From: Geosiphon pyriformis uo1
Taxonomy: Eukaryota; Fungi; Glomeromycota
Length of the DNA stretch: 64,000 bases
NCBI GenBank assembly: GCA_016748015.1
Contig: JAAOMT010000258.1
Coordinates: 808,173 to 872,172 of the forward strand
Direction: 5' to 3'
How positions within the stretch are numbered: the stretch's first letter is position 1; each line of letters opens with the position of its first letter. Below are positions 1 to 13,169 of this stretch, piece by piece. A program made the translations under genes and the position numbers. Under the pieces are notes generated by a model that saw only the letters and a list, made by a program, of their open reading frames with translations, had not been told where the DNA came from and searched no databases.

Positions 1-3000
1 TCTAAAACCTCTACTTTTATTTTTTCAAATTTAAAAAAACACAACTTCTGAAGATAAAATATTAATATTATAATTGTATTGTATACCTTCGTTCTTGAAC
101 TTTTCAAATTTGTTGCATTTCTATATATGAATAAAACTGGCCATCAAATCAAAATTTTGTCAATTAAAGAATCCTTAACTCACAAAATATTAACAAAATT
201 GTGAATTTAAACCCAATAATCTCACAAAGTGCATACATCTGTCTGCACAGCTAATTAATTAATAAATAAATATTTTTCCAATGTTTTGCTCAAAAAACAA
301 AAGGTAAAATACCAAAAAACATCGAAAACAACATATTTGAACCTATAATTAGATTCAGATTTCGTTACATTATAATTTGCTTGGATTAAAAAAGATCATT
401 TTGAACATTAAATATAAAAGTGCTTTGTTTGCTATGTCATACTGGCTTTTTCTCAATAACTTTTATGACTGCATTTCTCAATCAAATTAAAAAAATTACT
501 ATATTTACATTATATTTTTCTTCAAGGGTTGTACAGAGCCAAAAATAAGAAAAATTAAAAATATGATGAAATTATGTTTCAAAAAAAATTGAGTTAAAAT
601 GAAACGCTTTACATACAAGAAAGATCAAATTCTAGGGACTCTATCATTTCAATCTATTAATTGTAACAGGAATTAAAATTTTACTTTTTACAGACATTGA
701 TATTAGCAAATGTATTATAAATTGATAAATTACAAAATTTTAAATTTTCAAACCAACGCTTTTTACAAATATAATTTTGAACTTTTCTTTTCTTTACATT
801 TTGAACTTTTCTTTACATTTTGAAAATATTTTAAGGCATGAAGAAAACTATCAAGTCCTATGTTACAAGGCAAATAGCATGGTCGGATACTATGCTTCAA
901 CTCTTTGTGGACACTTGTCAGTTTTTTGATAGTAACAAGAAACAGTGAAGCTAGGAAGTGGAGCTCTAAGAACTTGAAAAGAACATACATCAAAACTTTT
1001 TATAAAACAATTTCATTAGATACCCTAAAACTTCTGTTTTTGACTTACTATAGCAGTGTTGAAGTTTGTGAGATTTCAAAAAAGCAACTCCTTCATACAA
1101 TTTTTTACAATAGTTTCAGTGGAGAGCCTTGAATAAAAACAAAAATTTTGAAATTTTCAAAAGATTAAGTTTTTTATGACAATAAAAAATAATATCAAAG
1201 AATTCAAATACATTTATTTTATTTTATTATGCTTTACAAATAAGCCATAAAAAAAATAATCTTTATAAAAAAATTTTATTGATTTTTTACTTTTATATTC
1301 AAAAAACATTATAATTTTTTTAAATGCTCATTTTTTAAGACATAATAACTATTCCACATAGAAGTTAATTTTAAAAAAAAGCAAAATTTAATATTTTAAA
1401 ATATTTAATAAAAAAAGATTATCAAAGAATTTATATGATGATTTTGTTTATTTTGCTTTACAAAAAAGCCAAGAGAAATTTAATTCAAGAGTATTAAGTT
1501 TAATTAACAAAAAAATTTGTAATCATACAAAGCATAAATATTACATATTAACATATTTTTGTTGAAAATTCATTTCTCGAAAGTGAATTACAAGAAAAAT
1601 TTCATATATTTCAAGTTATAGTTTGCAAAAGGACACTATAAGAGATACAAGAATATTTTAAAATGGGATAAAAACCTTCAATATATCTATAATCAATGAA
1701 AAAGTTTAAAAATTTGATTAAAAATCTATTTTTAAAATATGATGTTTTATTACAAAATGCAAAATAAATTTTGAATTTTTAAGATGACTATTTTGGTAAA
1801 AGTAAAAAATAAGTTTTGCAAAACCAGGATAGCTAATACACAATCATTTCAATAAAACAATACAGATTATAAAAATATTAATTTAACATAAAATTACAAA
1901 ATTGGTACTTTTGGTATGTTTTAAACTTTTTATTAAATTTAAGACTTAAAATTTCAAAATAATTAAGAAAATCAATATATCAAGCATAAAATATTTTAAA
2001 AAAATAAATCAATTATTTTGTTTTTATCTTTATAATAAAGAAGAAAAAGAAGGGAGCTAATGGTGGCAGCAAAAATTGTAGGAGCCTTCCGAACCTCTTA
2101 CAAAAGAGAAATTGAGGAAAAATGATCATAGTAAGGAAACTGCTTACTCAAACTTTATTGATTTCAACTCCTTAGGTTCAGAGTGTGATCATAATGATCA
2201 GAAAAACAATTTTTGAAATCATTTCTCAAAGCTTTATATAAAAATATTTATTCAAATTAATAAAAAGATTTTACTTACTTTCAAGATCTGTTTTATAATT
2301 TTTATGCAATTATTAATTTTAACATCAAAAATATTTTGTTACCTTTCATAAACTGTTAATTTATAACCTAAAATTATTATCACAAATAATTCAATCAAAA
2401 AACATGAATAAAACTTTCGAAAATAAAAATTTTCAAAAGTTATCAATAAAAAAAAATATATTTCTTTGAATTATTTTTAATAAATATTATAATGTTTTAT
2501 TAGTAAAATTTATGATTAATATTTTAAGCAAAAAACATTTTCTTATTCATGTGTTATAATTAAAAGTTTTAAATTTAACAATCTTTTGGAAATTGCGAAA
2601 GTCAATTTTATGTAAAATCGTTGTTTTATCGATTATTTAATAAAAATTATTATAACTATATTAATAATAAAAATAATATGTAAAATAAAGTAATTAAAAT
2701 TTATTAATATTTAATGATTACGTTTAAGTTACTATGAAAATTAGCTTTTTATCGAAACAAATTTTTTTTATTAATTTATTTGCCCAATATTTGAAATTGC
2801 CATAAAATTTTTTTGGCCAGAAGATTTCTATAGAAAAATTTTAGCTGTGGTTAATTCATGCAGCCATTTTCATTTTTAATCATCTAATGATAAAGACAAG
2901 AACTGGCATAAAAAATAAATATTTGAATAATTTTAAAATGATTCTGAAAATGTCCAAAGTAGTAGAGAAGTAGAAAAGCTCTGAAATAAAAATGCTTTTA

Positions 3001-3326
3001 TTTCTAAATCAACACACTTTCGATTTAGAATTATTTATATAAAACACCAATTTGAATCAGCTTGATATTATTTTTACGCTGGAGGCCAGAATGATTATTG
3101 AGATTTCATTAGCTTAATAGATTCAAATATTCTTTTATTCAGATTTTTAGCCTATATATCTCTTTAAATCTAATCGATTATTTTTCAAGGCGAAAGACTA
3201 ATCATTTTTATTTGTATCTATTTCTGCGTGTCTAAGGAGTTAAACATTAGAAAAAAAATTTCCTAACGCGTCAATTTCTCATTTAAAATAGTTTTATTCA
3301 AGCCATATGTTCAAATACCCAATTAT

Positions 3327-3767
3327 TTACCATCCACGATTGGCCTCATAAATCGTAAAGACGTCAGATGTCCCATATATAGTATTATCACCATCAAGAA
3401 CAACTAAGGCATAAAACTTGCCAGTCAACGGATACTTATCAGTGATTTGGAATCCTTGCCAGGTATTTCCATAAGGTTTATCACCAAGTTGTTCAATCAA
3501 CTTATCAGGAGCTCCAGTAACGACCTGATAGATTGCGATATGTACTGTACGTGACCATTGATTGGGGAATTCTACGTTAGGGTTCCAGCTCACGTCTTGA
3601 TACGACCATCTAGCGAGTGGTCCAGGTTGTGGAGATGTTACTTTGATTGTACCACTTTTTGCAGCAGGATTATCGAGGGTAATGATATCCTCGTCTTTCG
3701 GCAGTGGAGCGGCCCATACGAATCCGATAGCGACGATGAGAAGAATAGTAAGGAATTGGGATTTCAT
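3327..3767 (-). CDS. Small secreted protein, paralog A (146 aa); probable Kre9/Knh1-N-terminal-like Ig-fold domain
   Basis: Intronless ORF in a GC-richer island. Signal peptide MKSQFLTILLIVAIGFVWA|APLP. The 'IKVTSP..G...Q.VSW' start and 'G.FY...GTS..FTI' end resemble the PF10342 pattern. Clear paralogy to 6293-6730 and 10400-10831. Confidence 0.9.
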   Translation of the reverse strand: MKSQFLTILLIVAIGFVWAAPLPKDEDIITLDNPAAKSGTIKVTSPQPGPLARWSYQDVSWNPNVEFPNQWSRTVHIAIYQVVTGAPDKLIEQLGDKPYGNTWQGFQITDKYPLTGKFYALVVLDGDNTIYGTSDVFTIYEANRGW

Positions 3768-6292
3768 TATCGATGATTTAATCTATTTGTGATTTGATTT
3801 TTTCGTAGGAATACTTTTTTCAAATGACTTTTTTAAGAGTGAAAACCCATCCAAAAATCCAAATTCTTGTCTTTTTTGTAGTTTTTTTTGTCATATTTTG
3901 GAAATAACAAAAGATTCAACCTCCCTAGCATTTAATCATGTGCCGATTGTGGATTTATCCCTTTTTCAAATATGTCCAACCCAGATTATCTTATTTTGGT
4001 TAAAAAAGAAGGGGTGTCCATTTCTAATTTACATCCTGCATGCGATCTATTATAATTTGTAATTTTAGCATAGCCCCACTATTATCGCAAATCAATAGAC
4101 GAGTCAATTTTATTGTTACATTTCCATTTCCATTTCAAGGATATTTGGATATCAACAAAAAAGTGTAAAATGTATATAACTGGAAATAGGAAAAGGAGTA
4201 AAGCATCGCCTCGTAAAGTTGGGACAAGGGTAGAAGTGTTTTGTGTTTGGGAAAACTTTGATTTAGTGCAGGCATCATCATGATCAACCTTGATTTCATT
4301 AAATTTTTTTAAAAATATGGGACAATACTAATTACTAACCATTCTTTTAAAAATAGACACAAATAGAAATAAAAAAATGAATATTTGAGAATAACTGATG
4401 AATTTATTTGAAATTTTTCTGTGAATTTTACTTCAAAGACAATTTTCTAAAGTTAATGAAAACTTCTCTAAACAAATTAAACAACCATTCTCAAATACTT
4501 TTGTTTTGATTCATTTTAAATTATATTGGTTATTAAAATAAACTCAAAACATAAATGGCAAATTATATTAAAGTTTTTTTATGATTCTTGGTTTCACTGA
4601 ATTATACTTAATTTTATTAAATCAGAATTTTTTTAAAATGAATATGACGTTAGTAAAATCCCAAAAATATTAATATAATACATTTCAGAATTTTGATGTT
4701 TAAAATTTTGTGGTTTAAAACTTTTTAATTAAAAAATAAATTGCATTATTATTTATTATTTATAAAAATTCAAAAAAGTTTATTAATTTAATCACAATTT
4801 ATCAGGTAACAAGTAAAAAATGTTTATATTTTTAAAATATTAAGCAAATTAAGCTTTAATATTTAATCTTAATGAAAAATTTGATCATTATTAAATTTTT
4901 GTTAAAAGAAATAATAAAGTCAATGTTGCAAATAAAAAAAGTACTGTTTCATAACATTCAAGTAATTTTGTTCATTTTAAAAAGTTCTGAACAACTTTTT
5001 TTATTAAAACCAATAAAATTATCTTTGATATATTTTTAAAAATTAAATTTTATCCAAAATTCATATTTTTCCAAAACGTACAAAAAATATTAAATTATAA
5101 TAATAAAAACCAACTTTGAAAAAATCATCAAAAACAAGTTTAATTATAGATGAAAAAACTTTATTCGGTATACTTGTATGGTTAAACTTTTATTTTTAAT
5201 TGTAAATTTTCTTACAACACATGTATTTTTTATAAAAAAAACCACAACCACCATAAATAACTAAATTTTTTGGACCCTCTTAAAACAAAGTTAAAATCCT
5301 TGAGCAGACATTTCAAAAAATCCATTGATGTTGAATTTGGATTATAATGAAAAATACAAATTAAAACTTTTAAAATTTTGCACAAATTATTTTTTTAAAA
5401 TGAAACACAAATAATAATACCGATACGATTAACCAAAGAATGATATTTTCAAGTTTTTTCTTTTCCTTTTCTTTTTGATATTTTACACAAAATTGACCAG
5501 AAAAGTGTATACTATTTTTCTTATAATTTTTTTTGTTTCAACTAATTAATATTTAAAATCTCATTATATCATTTAATAAATTCAAAAACTTTGTAAATTC
5601 ATATAGTTTTTACTTTTGAATAAGAGTAAAATCAAAATTTTAATCTTTTGCAAAAATCAAATTTTCGATTGAAATACAATTAATCTTCATCCAAAGTTCT
5701 TATATTTCAAGTTGTGTGAATAACTTTCCAAATTATAGATCTTTTTGTATCACATTAAAATTAAAGAATTTCTTTAATAATACATTTCTGTTAAAATCAA
5801 TTGCACACACAAATATAAAATACATTGATGATTTTAAAAATATAATCCTGCTTGATTCATCAAATATAATATAATTATTTCATATTTTTGATAAAATGGA
5901 ATATATTTATGAATTCAAAATTCAAAAACTTCCAATTATGCAGATAAAGAGCTTTCACAATTTAATTTTGTATATCTCACCAATATTTTTCCCGCTTATT
6001 GGATGATGAATTAAAAATATTAACAATTTATTATAAAGGATTCTTCCCATTATAATAAACTAATGGTTTTGAAAAAAATTATAATATTTATTTAGATTTC
6101 TGTAACAATATTAAATATCAAAAATCTTTAAAATCTGTAGACTGTTTTAAAGTTGTTAAACTTTAAAATAAATGCAAAATAATTTCATAGAGGATTTGCT
6201 TCCAACACAAGCTAAATCAATTCTTTGCAAATATCTAAAATTAATTAGATTAATCTCATTTGCACAATTTACACAACTCACATATCAAAGTG

Positions 6293-6730
6293 TTAAGGTC
6301 TACTTTCATAGATGGTGAAGAAGCTGGATGTACCCCATTTAGTATCATCACTTTCAAGGACAATCATAGCGTAGAATTTTCCGTTGACTGGGTACCTATT
6401 GGTGATTTGGAAAGCTTGGTAAGGACTTCCGTACGGTTTATCGGGAAATCTTTCGATTAGCTTATCAGGAGCTCCAATGACAACCTGAAAGATTTCAACG
6501 GCAACTTTTTGTTGCGATTTATTTGGAAGAGGGTAATTATCGTCCCAGGTAATGGCTTGATATGACCATCTTGCCCATGGTCCTTTTCCTGGAGACTTTA
6601 CTTTAAACAAACCACTAGCTGCAGGTGGATGATCGAGAGTTACAGTAAATTGGCTAGAGCTAGGAAGTGGGCTTGCGCTGACGAGAGCGGCAATGATAAG
6701 CAGGAGTTCGAGGAAAATTATTGATTTCAT
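6293..6730 (-). CDS. Small secreted protein, paralog B (145 aa)
   Basis: Signal peptide MKSIIFLELLLIIAALVSA|SPLP. Shares ARWSYQ, GAPDKLIE, DKPYG, FQIT..YP..GKFYA and GTS..FTIYE with paralog A. Confidence 0.9.
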   Translation of the reverse strand: MKSIIFLELLLIIAALVSASPLPSSSQFTVTLDHPPAASGLFKVKSPGKGPWARWSYQAITWDDNYPLPNKSQQKVAVEIFQVVIGAPDKLIERFPDKPYGSPYQAFQITNRYPVNGKFYAMIVLESDDTKWGTSSFFTIYESRP

Positions 6731-6819
6731 TCTTTGTTTTTGTGAATTTTATCAAAGAAGAGAAAATTTTTTGACTTCTTGATAGAATGAGGGAAGAAAT
6801 TCAAGGGAAAAAGCTTTTA

Positions 6820-6826
6820 TTTTATA
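6820..6826 (-). promoter_or_regulatory. Candidate TATA box of paralog B
   Basis: TATAAAA on the - strand ~90 bp upstream of the ATG. Weak on its own in AT-rich DNA. Confidence 0.3.
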
Positions 6827-9800
6827 AGGGTAGACAATCTCATTAAATTATTTAAGTGTGTGTTCTGTTTTAATGAACAAAATAATCGCACAAAAATCTC
6901 ATTTGATGTTTGGCTGGTTTTTTTTGTATTGCACTCAAGCAAAACCATCAATGGGGTCTTTTCAATGGCAAATTTAAATTATCAATTTCCCTGATCACTC
7001 TGCATTTTACTTTGTGAGAGCAGTCAATAATTTGAATCATAATATCTATCTACAGTATTTGCCGTTATTTTGATTTGCAAGAACCTTACCTTCAATAAAA
7101 TTCAAAGTGTACAAATCAACAGCCAAAAATGGAAACCACCTTTTTTTCCCAGTTCAATCCTTTGAGAATCGTTGAATTTGCCAACTTTTAAAAATCTATT
7201 ATTAAATGAGGATTAAAATTGTTAACCTCCGAAAACAGGAATTTTTTAGGTAAATGGTATCAACATTAAATGATTATTTAAAACTCAATTCGAATTGCCT
7301 TCTATGGGATTATAAAGAGGTTTTTTTGAATTTTAACTTAAAGTTAATTTTTTGCTGGCGTGACTATCGAACCTTATTGTTCTAATTATGCTTTCTTTCC
7401 CTATCACCAAAAAGTCCACCATGCAACTGGCATAGTTGTTTGATTATCAATCTAAATTGATTTGAATTATTTTATTTTCAGGGATTGGTTATAATATTAT
7501 TTGTATGCCTAACTTTAATTTCTTAACATGATCTAAGGGATTTTTGAAGCTACATTATTAGACTTGAAACCGTAAACAGTTCAATTAGAAATTTCTATAA
7601 ATAGACATGATTATATAAAAGGTAAAACAAAGACATGTTTACTCTTATTTTCATTTGTTGTGCACGAATTGTGAAATTGTAGTACTATGCAGCCTCATTT
7701 GTGCCAAGATAAAATTAAGATGACCCAAAAAAATTTTATTCTATTGTTCAAAGCAATGGGTGATTCGATGATAATTTTTGTTCGGATATCTTTTTAAAAA
7801 ATAAACTATTTTAAATTTGTGGATAAATCACATTTATGAACTTTGATTTTTTAGGAAAAGTAAAAATTCCTAAAGGTACTTTGAAAGAAAATACTTGACA
7901 ATAAATGGGAAAAATGTGGCATACAAAAATTTATGGCAATTGAATGTTATATGAGACCAAGATCAAAAAATTACGAGCAATGAAACTAGAAAAATAAAAT
8001 GGATGTTCTTAATTGTGAAAAAATTTATTCGCAAATATTTGAAATATGGAAACCGAAATGAAATTTTTATATAAAAAATTAAATTAAATCATCAGAATTT
8101 TCAATATTGTGTTGTAATTAAAATACTTCTATCATAATTCGAGGCGAAAGTCTCTAAATTCATAAAAGTATAAAAATAATCTAATGAAATCTCGGGAGAA
8201 AAATATTAAACTTCAAGTCAAAACTTTGATGTGTAATAAAATATTTTTCAAGCCAATAATTTTTTAAAAAAATGAAATGATTTAATGGAGGTTTTATTAT
8301 AAAATTATATAGTGTTGAAAGTAAAGTATGTTTTATTCAAAGTGATTTTTCAATTGTTTTCATTAAAGGTGAGGATTTAAAAATAATTTTGCTGCTTTTG
8401 AAGGCTCAAATTGCAACAGAGCAGATAAACGCTAACTTCTCAAAATTAGCTTTAAATTATCTACAAATAAAGTGGAACCTTTTAAAGAAATATTAAATTT
8501 TTTCATTTAATGGTTTCAAGAAATTTAAATAACACCTCTGAAATCCAAAGCTTAAAGGAGTTAATCCAATTCAAAAATTAAAAGTTTATAAAGTTTTTTA
8601 TAAGATTTTTTTTTTGTATTTTTTATTTCAAAGTATGTTGGAACATTTCAAGAATATAAATGATTTTTTCTCATGCTCATATTTATTTTTTAATTCTACT
8701 TTCTTATCTATAGTTTCCAAGATGAACACTCTATTTGATAATAGTGAATAATAATTTTAAAAACTTAGTTTTGTCAAAATTTAGTCAATTTTAAACAAAT
8801 TTAACAAAAAATAATATTCAAGTTTTTAGAAGATAATTTCAATTTTGTGAAATTTTAAATTTAGTTAGATTTTTTGTAAAAAAGCATTCAAATATAAAAA
8901 AGTAGGGAGTTATGTGGTTTTTGTTAGGATGTCATTCTTGTTGAAATTTTATAGTTTAAAATTTTGGAAAGTAAATGAGATAAATTTTTGGAGTAAATAA
9001 AAAATGGGTGTAACATTATTTTTTAAATGATTAAATAAAATTTTTTTTAAATGATAATAAAAAATATTGGACAAATAATTTTGATTACTTAAAGTGTGTT
9101 TTCATTTAAACACATGAATCTTGACTTAAAATTTTCAATTTCATTAACCATTTTTGCAATTTTGTGTGAACAAAAAACCAGAATTTTTTGCATATTTATT
9201 ATTAGTAGCTTTAAGAGCCTATGTTTTTTTGACACATTTCCTACAGATACCCGTAAATTTCAATTGATGAAAAAATATCATACCATAATTTTAATGAATC
9301 AACTATCTTTCATTACATATTTTACCAAATGAAATGGAAAAGAATGATAATTCTTGAAAAATAAAAATAAAAATTTTATTGGATGGTTAGACGAACACTT
9401 TCAGTGTTAGAAATATTTTATTCTCAAACAATTTTCAGGACGAGAGTTATCAAAAAATTTGGGTCATAATAAAATTTTTCTAAAGATTAAATATGATAAA
9501 TATGGGAGATATTTAAATATCTTGGATCAAATATTCAATTATCAGAATGATAAAAAATCTCAATCCAAAGAAAATATATATTAATTTTATAATATAATGT
9601 GAACAAATTATTTTAAACAGAATTCGAGTATCATAGGATTTCATTGAACGATTTTTTTAATTGAAGTTGGTTTGTGTCAGTAATTTGATATTATACTTAA
9701 AAAAAAAACATTTTATCTTCACAGTTTGACTAAATTTTGAGTGAAAATTATTTCAAATCAAGCTTAAAACCATATTGGTCAAGATAAAATAACATTTGTT

Positions 9801-10399
9801 ATTTTTTAAGAAGCTTTCTTCTCATCAATTTGGTAAATTCAAGAAATAGCTGGTAAATTTTTGTGAAAATATGAATTGGGATTTGAATAACTTATAAAAG
9901 AGATTGTTATTTATCATGCTAAATAAATTCTTGAGACCATAGTTATAGCCAATTTTCCTTTTATTCAAAATATATGCTTGTAATTCTTTTAGCAATGTGA
10001 TTTGATGGACCATATTTTCCTGAATTCAAAATTTAACTTGAATAGAATGTAGATCGGAAGAAATTTCAGAGTTACAATAAATATTAAAATAAAAATTTTT
10101 AGATGCTTTTCTTCCTCGTTCACATTCATAGGTCTTTCATCCCAGTTTAATGCAGTTTTCATAAATAAGATAAACCCTTAAAACAATGACAGAAGAGCCA
10201 TTCCGAAATCAAATTAATTGCTAACTGAAATCAATTATTTTCAAGATAATGTTGCGAATTTTATTTCAAAATTTACATTGTAATGCAAAATTCAGGATAA
10301 ATTGGTTGAATAAATTATACATTCAAAATTTTACAACATTAGTTTAGTATACAATTATCTATCCCTACTTTAAAAAATGAACTCTACAAACTATTTTAC

Positions 10400-10831
10400 T
10401 TATGTGAGAGTGGTGAAAAGACCAGATGTACCCCAAATAGACGAATTGCTAGCAAGAGTAACCAAAGCATAGTAAGAACTTCCTTTGGTAAAGTTGGTTG
10501 TGATTGTGAATCCTTGCCAAGTATTTCCATAAGGTTTATCACCAAGTTGTATTATCAATTTGTCAAGTCCATTAGTGGTGACATTTTTCTCAAAGATAGC
10601 GATTTTAACCGTTTGCTCGTATTTCTTTGGTACGTCCACATTCGCATCCCAGCTGACTGCTTGTTGCGATCCTTTAGCCCATGGCCCTTTTCCGGGAGCT
10701 GTAACCTTGATGAGACCACCAGGTGTTGGTGGATTTTTCCCACCAGGTGGGGTTGATTGAGGCACAGGAACTGCCAGAATCAAAGTAACAGCGATCGTGA
10801 GGAAAAGTGCAATAAAAGTTGAAGGTCTCAT
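10400..10831 (-). CDS. Small secreted protein, paralog C (143 aa)
   Basis: Signal peptide MRPSTFIALFLTIAVTLILA|VPVP. Shares PGKGPWA with B and QLGDKPYGNTWQGF with A. Three N-glycosylation sequons (NVT, NFT, NSS). Confidence 0.9.
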   Translation of the reverse strand: MRPSTFIALFLTIAVTLILAVPVPQSTPPGGKNPPTPGGLIKVTAPGKGPWAKGSQQAVSWDANVDVPKKYEQTVKIAIFEKNVTTNGLDKLIIQLGDKPYGNTWQGFTITTNFTKGSSYYALVTLASNSSIWGTSGLFTTLT

Positions 10832-11929
10832 TTTGGAAATTTAAAGTTAGTTTTCGTTAAAAGTTAAGGCTTTCTTTATGGTATCGTTATAATATTCTTA
10901 CGAACGTTTTTTTAACGAATTTATTAAATGGGACTTCGGTGAAGTAAAGAATCATCAGTGAGAAAAGACGGCTCTTTTATATGAATTTTGAGCGAGATTT
11001 TCTCAAAATAAAAATCAGTTTTTACGTTTTCGCAAAATTTCATCATTTCGCCACACATTGAGTGAATGATTTGTGCAACAAAGTTCAAATGGTGGATCAG
11101 GGAGAAAACTTGTTTTCGTAAATTAAAAATTAAAGAAGAATCGATTTACCAATGTTCGTAGGTCAAATAAGCATGATTTTACAATTTAAAATTTGATACG
11201 AGCAATGAAAATTGTCTACTATAAAAGCCAAATCCACAAAATTTTGAATCTGAGCCATATTCAATTGTTCATTATGGAGGTAAAAAATTCTATTTTTATC
11301 TTTACATTAAGATTTTACAGAGAAACAGGTTGTGATGTACGGGTGTGAGGTTTCATTTTTTTTAAATGACAAGAAAAAAATCATTCGATATTGCAGATAA
11401 AAAAACGGAAACTTCTTAATTAGAATTTTTTGTTGCCATTTACATAATTAGATGTAATTATAAATTCATTCCTGAAAAGGATATATCAAAGTACAAATAT
11501 GTTATTTTCGTTAAGATTCAATTCAGTTCTGGAAAAGGTTTGAAAACAAAACAAAAAATTTATTTTATTTTTATTACTTTAAAAAAAAAAATTCCAAAAT
11601 ATACAAATTTAAATATAAATATAAATATAATAGAAATTTTAAAAATTGATAATAAATTTTTAAAATAATTAAAAAACAATAAAAGCTTTTAATTATTAAA
11701 ATTTTATTATTTTCAATCTTTGATATTAATTCTTGTAAACTCTAAACATAAAATCTTAACAAAAAAAGTTTTTAAATTTAGTTATTACTTAACGTATTAT
11801 AATAATTTTCTATTTTTAATAATTTCGTAGCTAATTTTCTTATCTCTTTTAAGGTTTAGCAATAATTATTTGATAAAAGAAAATTAAACAAAGAATAGTA
11901 GTAATTTTTAATATATATTTCTTTATTTT

Positions 11930-13000
11930 TACATATTGAGAATTCCCAACGCCATCTACCACGTATCACTTGGATTTTCTCTATTTGTTTCTTGTATTCT
12001 GTTGTACGATTAGGAGTATTTTCACAAATGAGTTGTGGAAAGATGGCCGCGTCATTTTGCTTTTGAAAAGGATTTCTTTATTCTTGACCATATCGTGGAT
12101 GCGAGGAACATTGATCTCCGTGTCCAAGTTATAATATTCTTTTAATGGATATTTTAGATTTATTTATCAATATCAAATAAACAAAAAAAAGCAAAGTTTA
12201 TGCAATGAAGAAAGTTTAAATATTCTATATATTGGGATCGGAAAACATCTAGTGGTAAAATTGATCTCATCCCTGCATAAATTCTGTAGCAATTATACTT
12301 TCTAAATTCTTTGGTTAGATGGCTAAAAGTAATTTCAAGGACTGTAAGTTATTGCTCAGGAAATGGCACTATACAATCTAAAAAAATTTCAAGAAATGTA
12401 GGCTAGGTTTAATAAATTTAAAGTCACTATTAAATTTAGAGGAAATAGTTTTCTAGATATAAATTTTTTTTTTTTTTTTTTAGCTTAAATTAACTTTCCT
12501 TGAAAATGAGCGTGATTAATATCAACGAAGGCAACTTCTTGTACATGTTTTTGGCTGAACATTCTTCTCTGATAGTATCTTTACGCAAATTTTCTCTATA
12601 TGGAAGGAAATCAGACTTTGTACTGTACACAACATACGTGTATCTTGTTAAATTAGGAAATGAAATAAAGATCCTTTCAGTAAGAACGTTTGAAGATTGT
12701 TTGGCTAAAGATGTTGCGGTTTGTAGCTTTTTTGGCAATCTAATTCGAATAATTTCGTGATGTACAAAAAGTAACGCCCAATTTGCATGTGTAACGATCT
12801 TTAAAAAAATCAAAATCTCATTTTATAACAAATAAACTTTTTACGATTCTCAAACATTATATAAAAAATGACACTCACTCATACACAGCAAAACAAAATT
12901 GACAAAGGAAAGATTCTGGCGTACAGGAAACCATAAAATGCTTATAAAAAGTGAAACTTACCACGTTTTGGAAAATCCAAATCCTTAGCAACCATGAAAA
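11930..13000 (-). pseudogene. Probable degraded multi-exon gene of unknown family
   Basis: Several GC-richer, CpG-retaining blocks separated by AT-rich intron-like spacers with GTAAG/GTGAG donors on the - strand. Frames are broken by a stop (…PFPEQ*LTV…) and apparent frameshifts. No family recognised. Confidence 0.35.
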
Positions 13001-13169
13001 AGATCTACTGGTAAGGAAAACGAAATGTCCCAGTCCACGAAATTGTCAAAAATTGAGGTCTTAAATGTAATCTGTCAATTGCTGCAAATGGAATATACAA
13101 CTCCGGACTTCACTCACGTATTGCCGCAAAAAAAACTTTATATCTCAGAAACACACGTGTTAGGTAGTG

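Noticed and set aside
763-1132. Overlapping 75-76 aa ORFs in a slightly GC-richer patch
   Set aside because: No recognisable motif. A faint resemblance to the hAT C-terminus (RLSTETI) is too weak to call.
3558-3776. Antisense ORFs over the secreted-protein genes (also 6260-6460 and 10514-10760)
   Set aside because: Shadow ORFs of real genes, non-ATG starts, not conserved among the paralogs.
7600-10200. Possible degraded DNA-transposon coding remnants between the secreted genes
   Set aside because: Fragments look formerly coding, but no diagnostic motif could be read with confidence.
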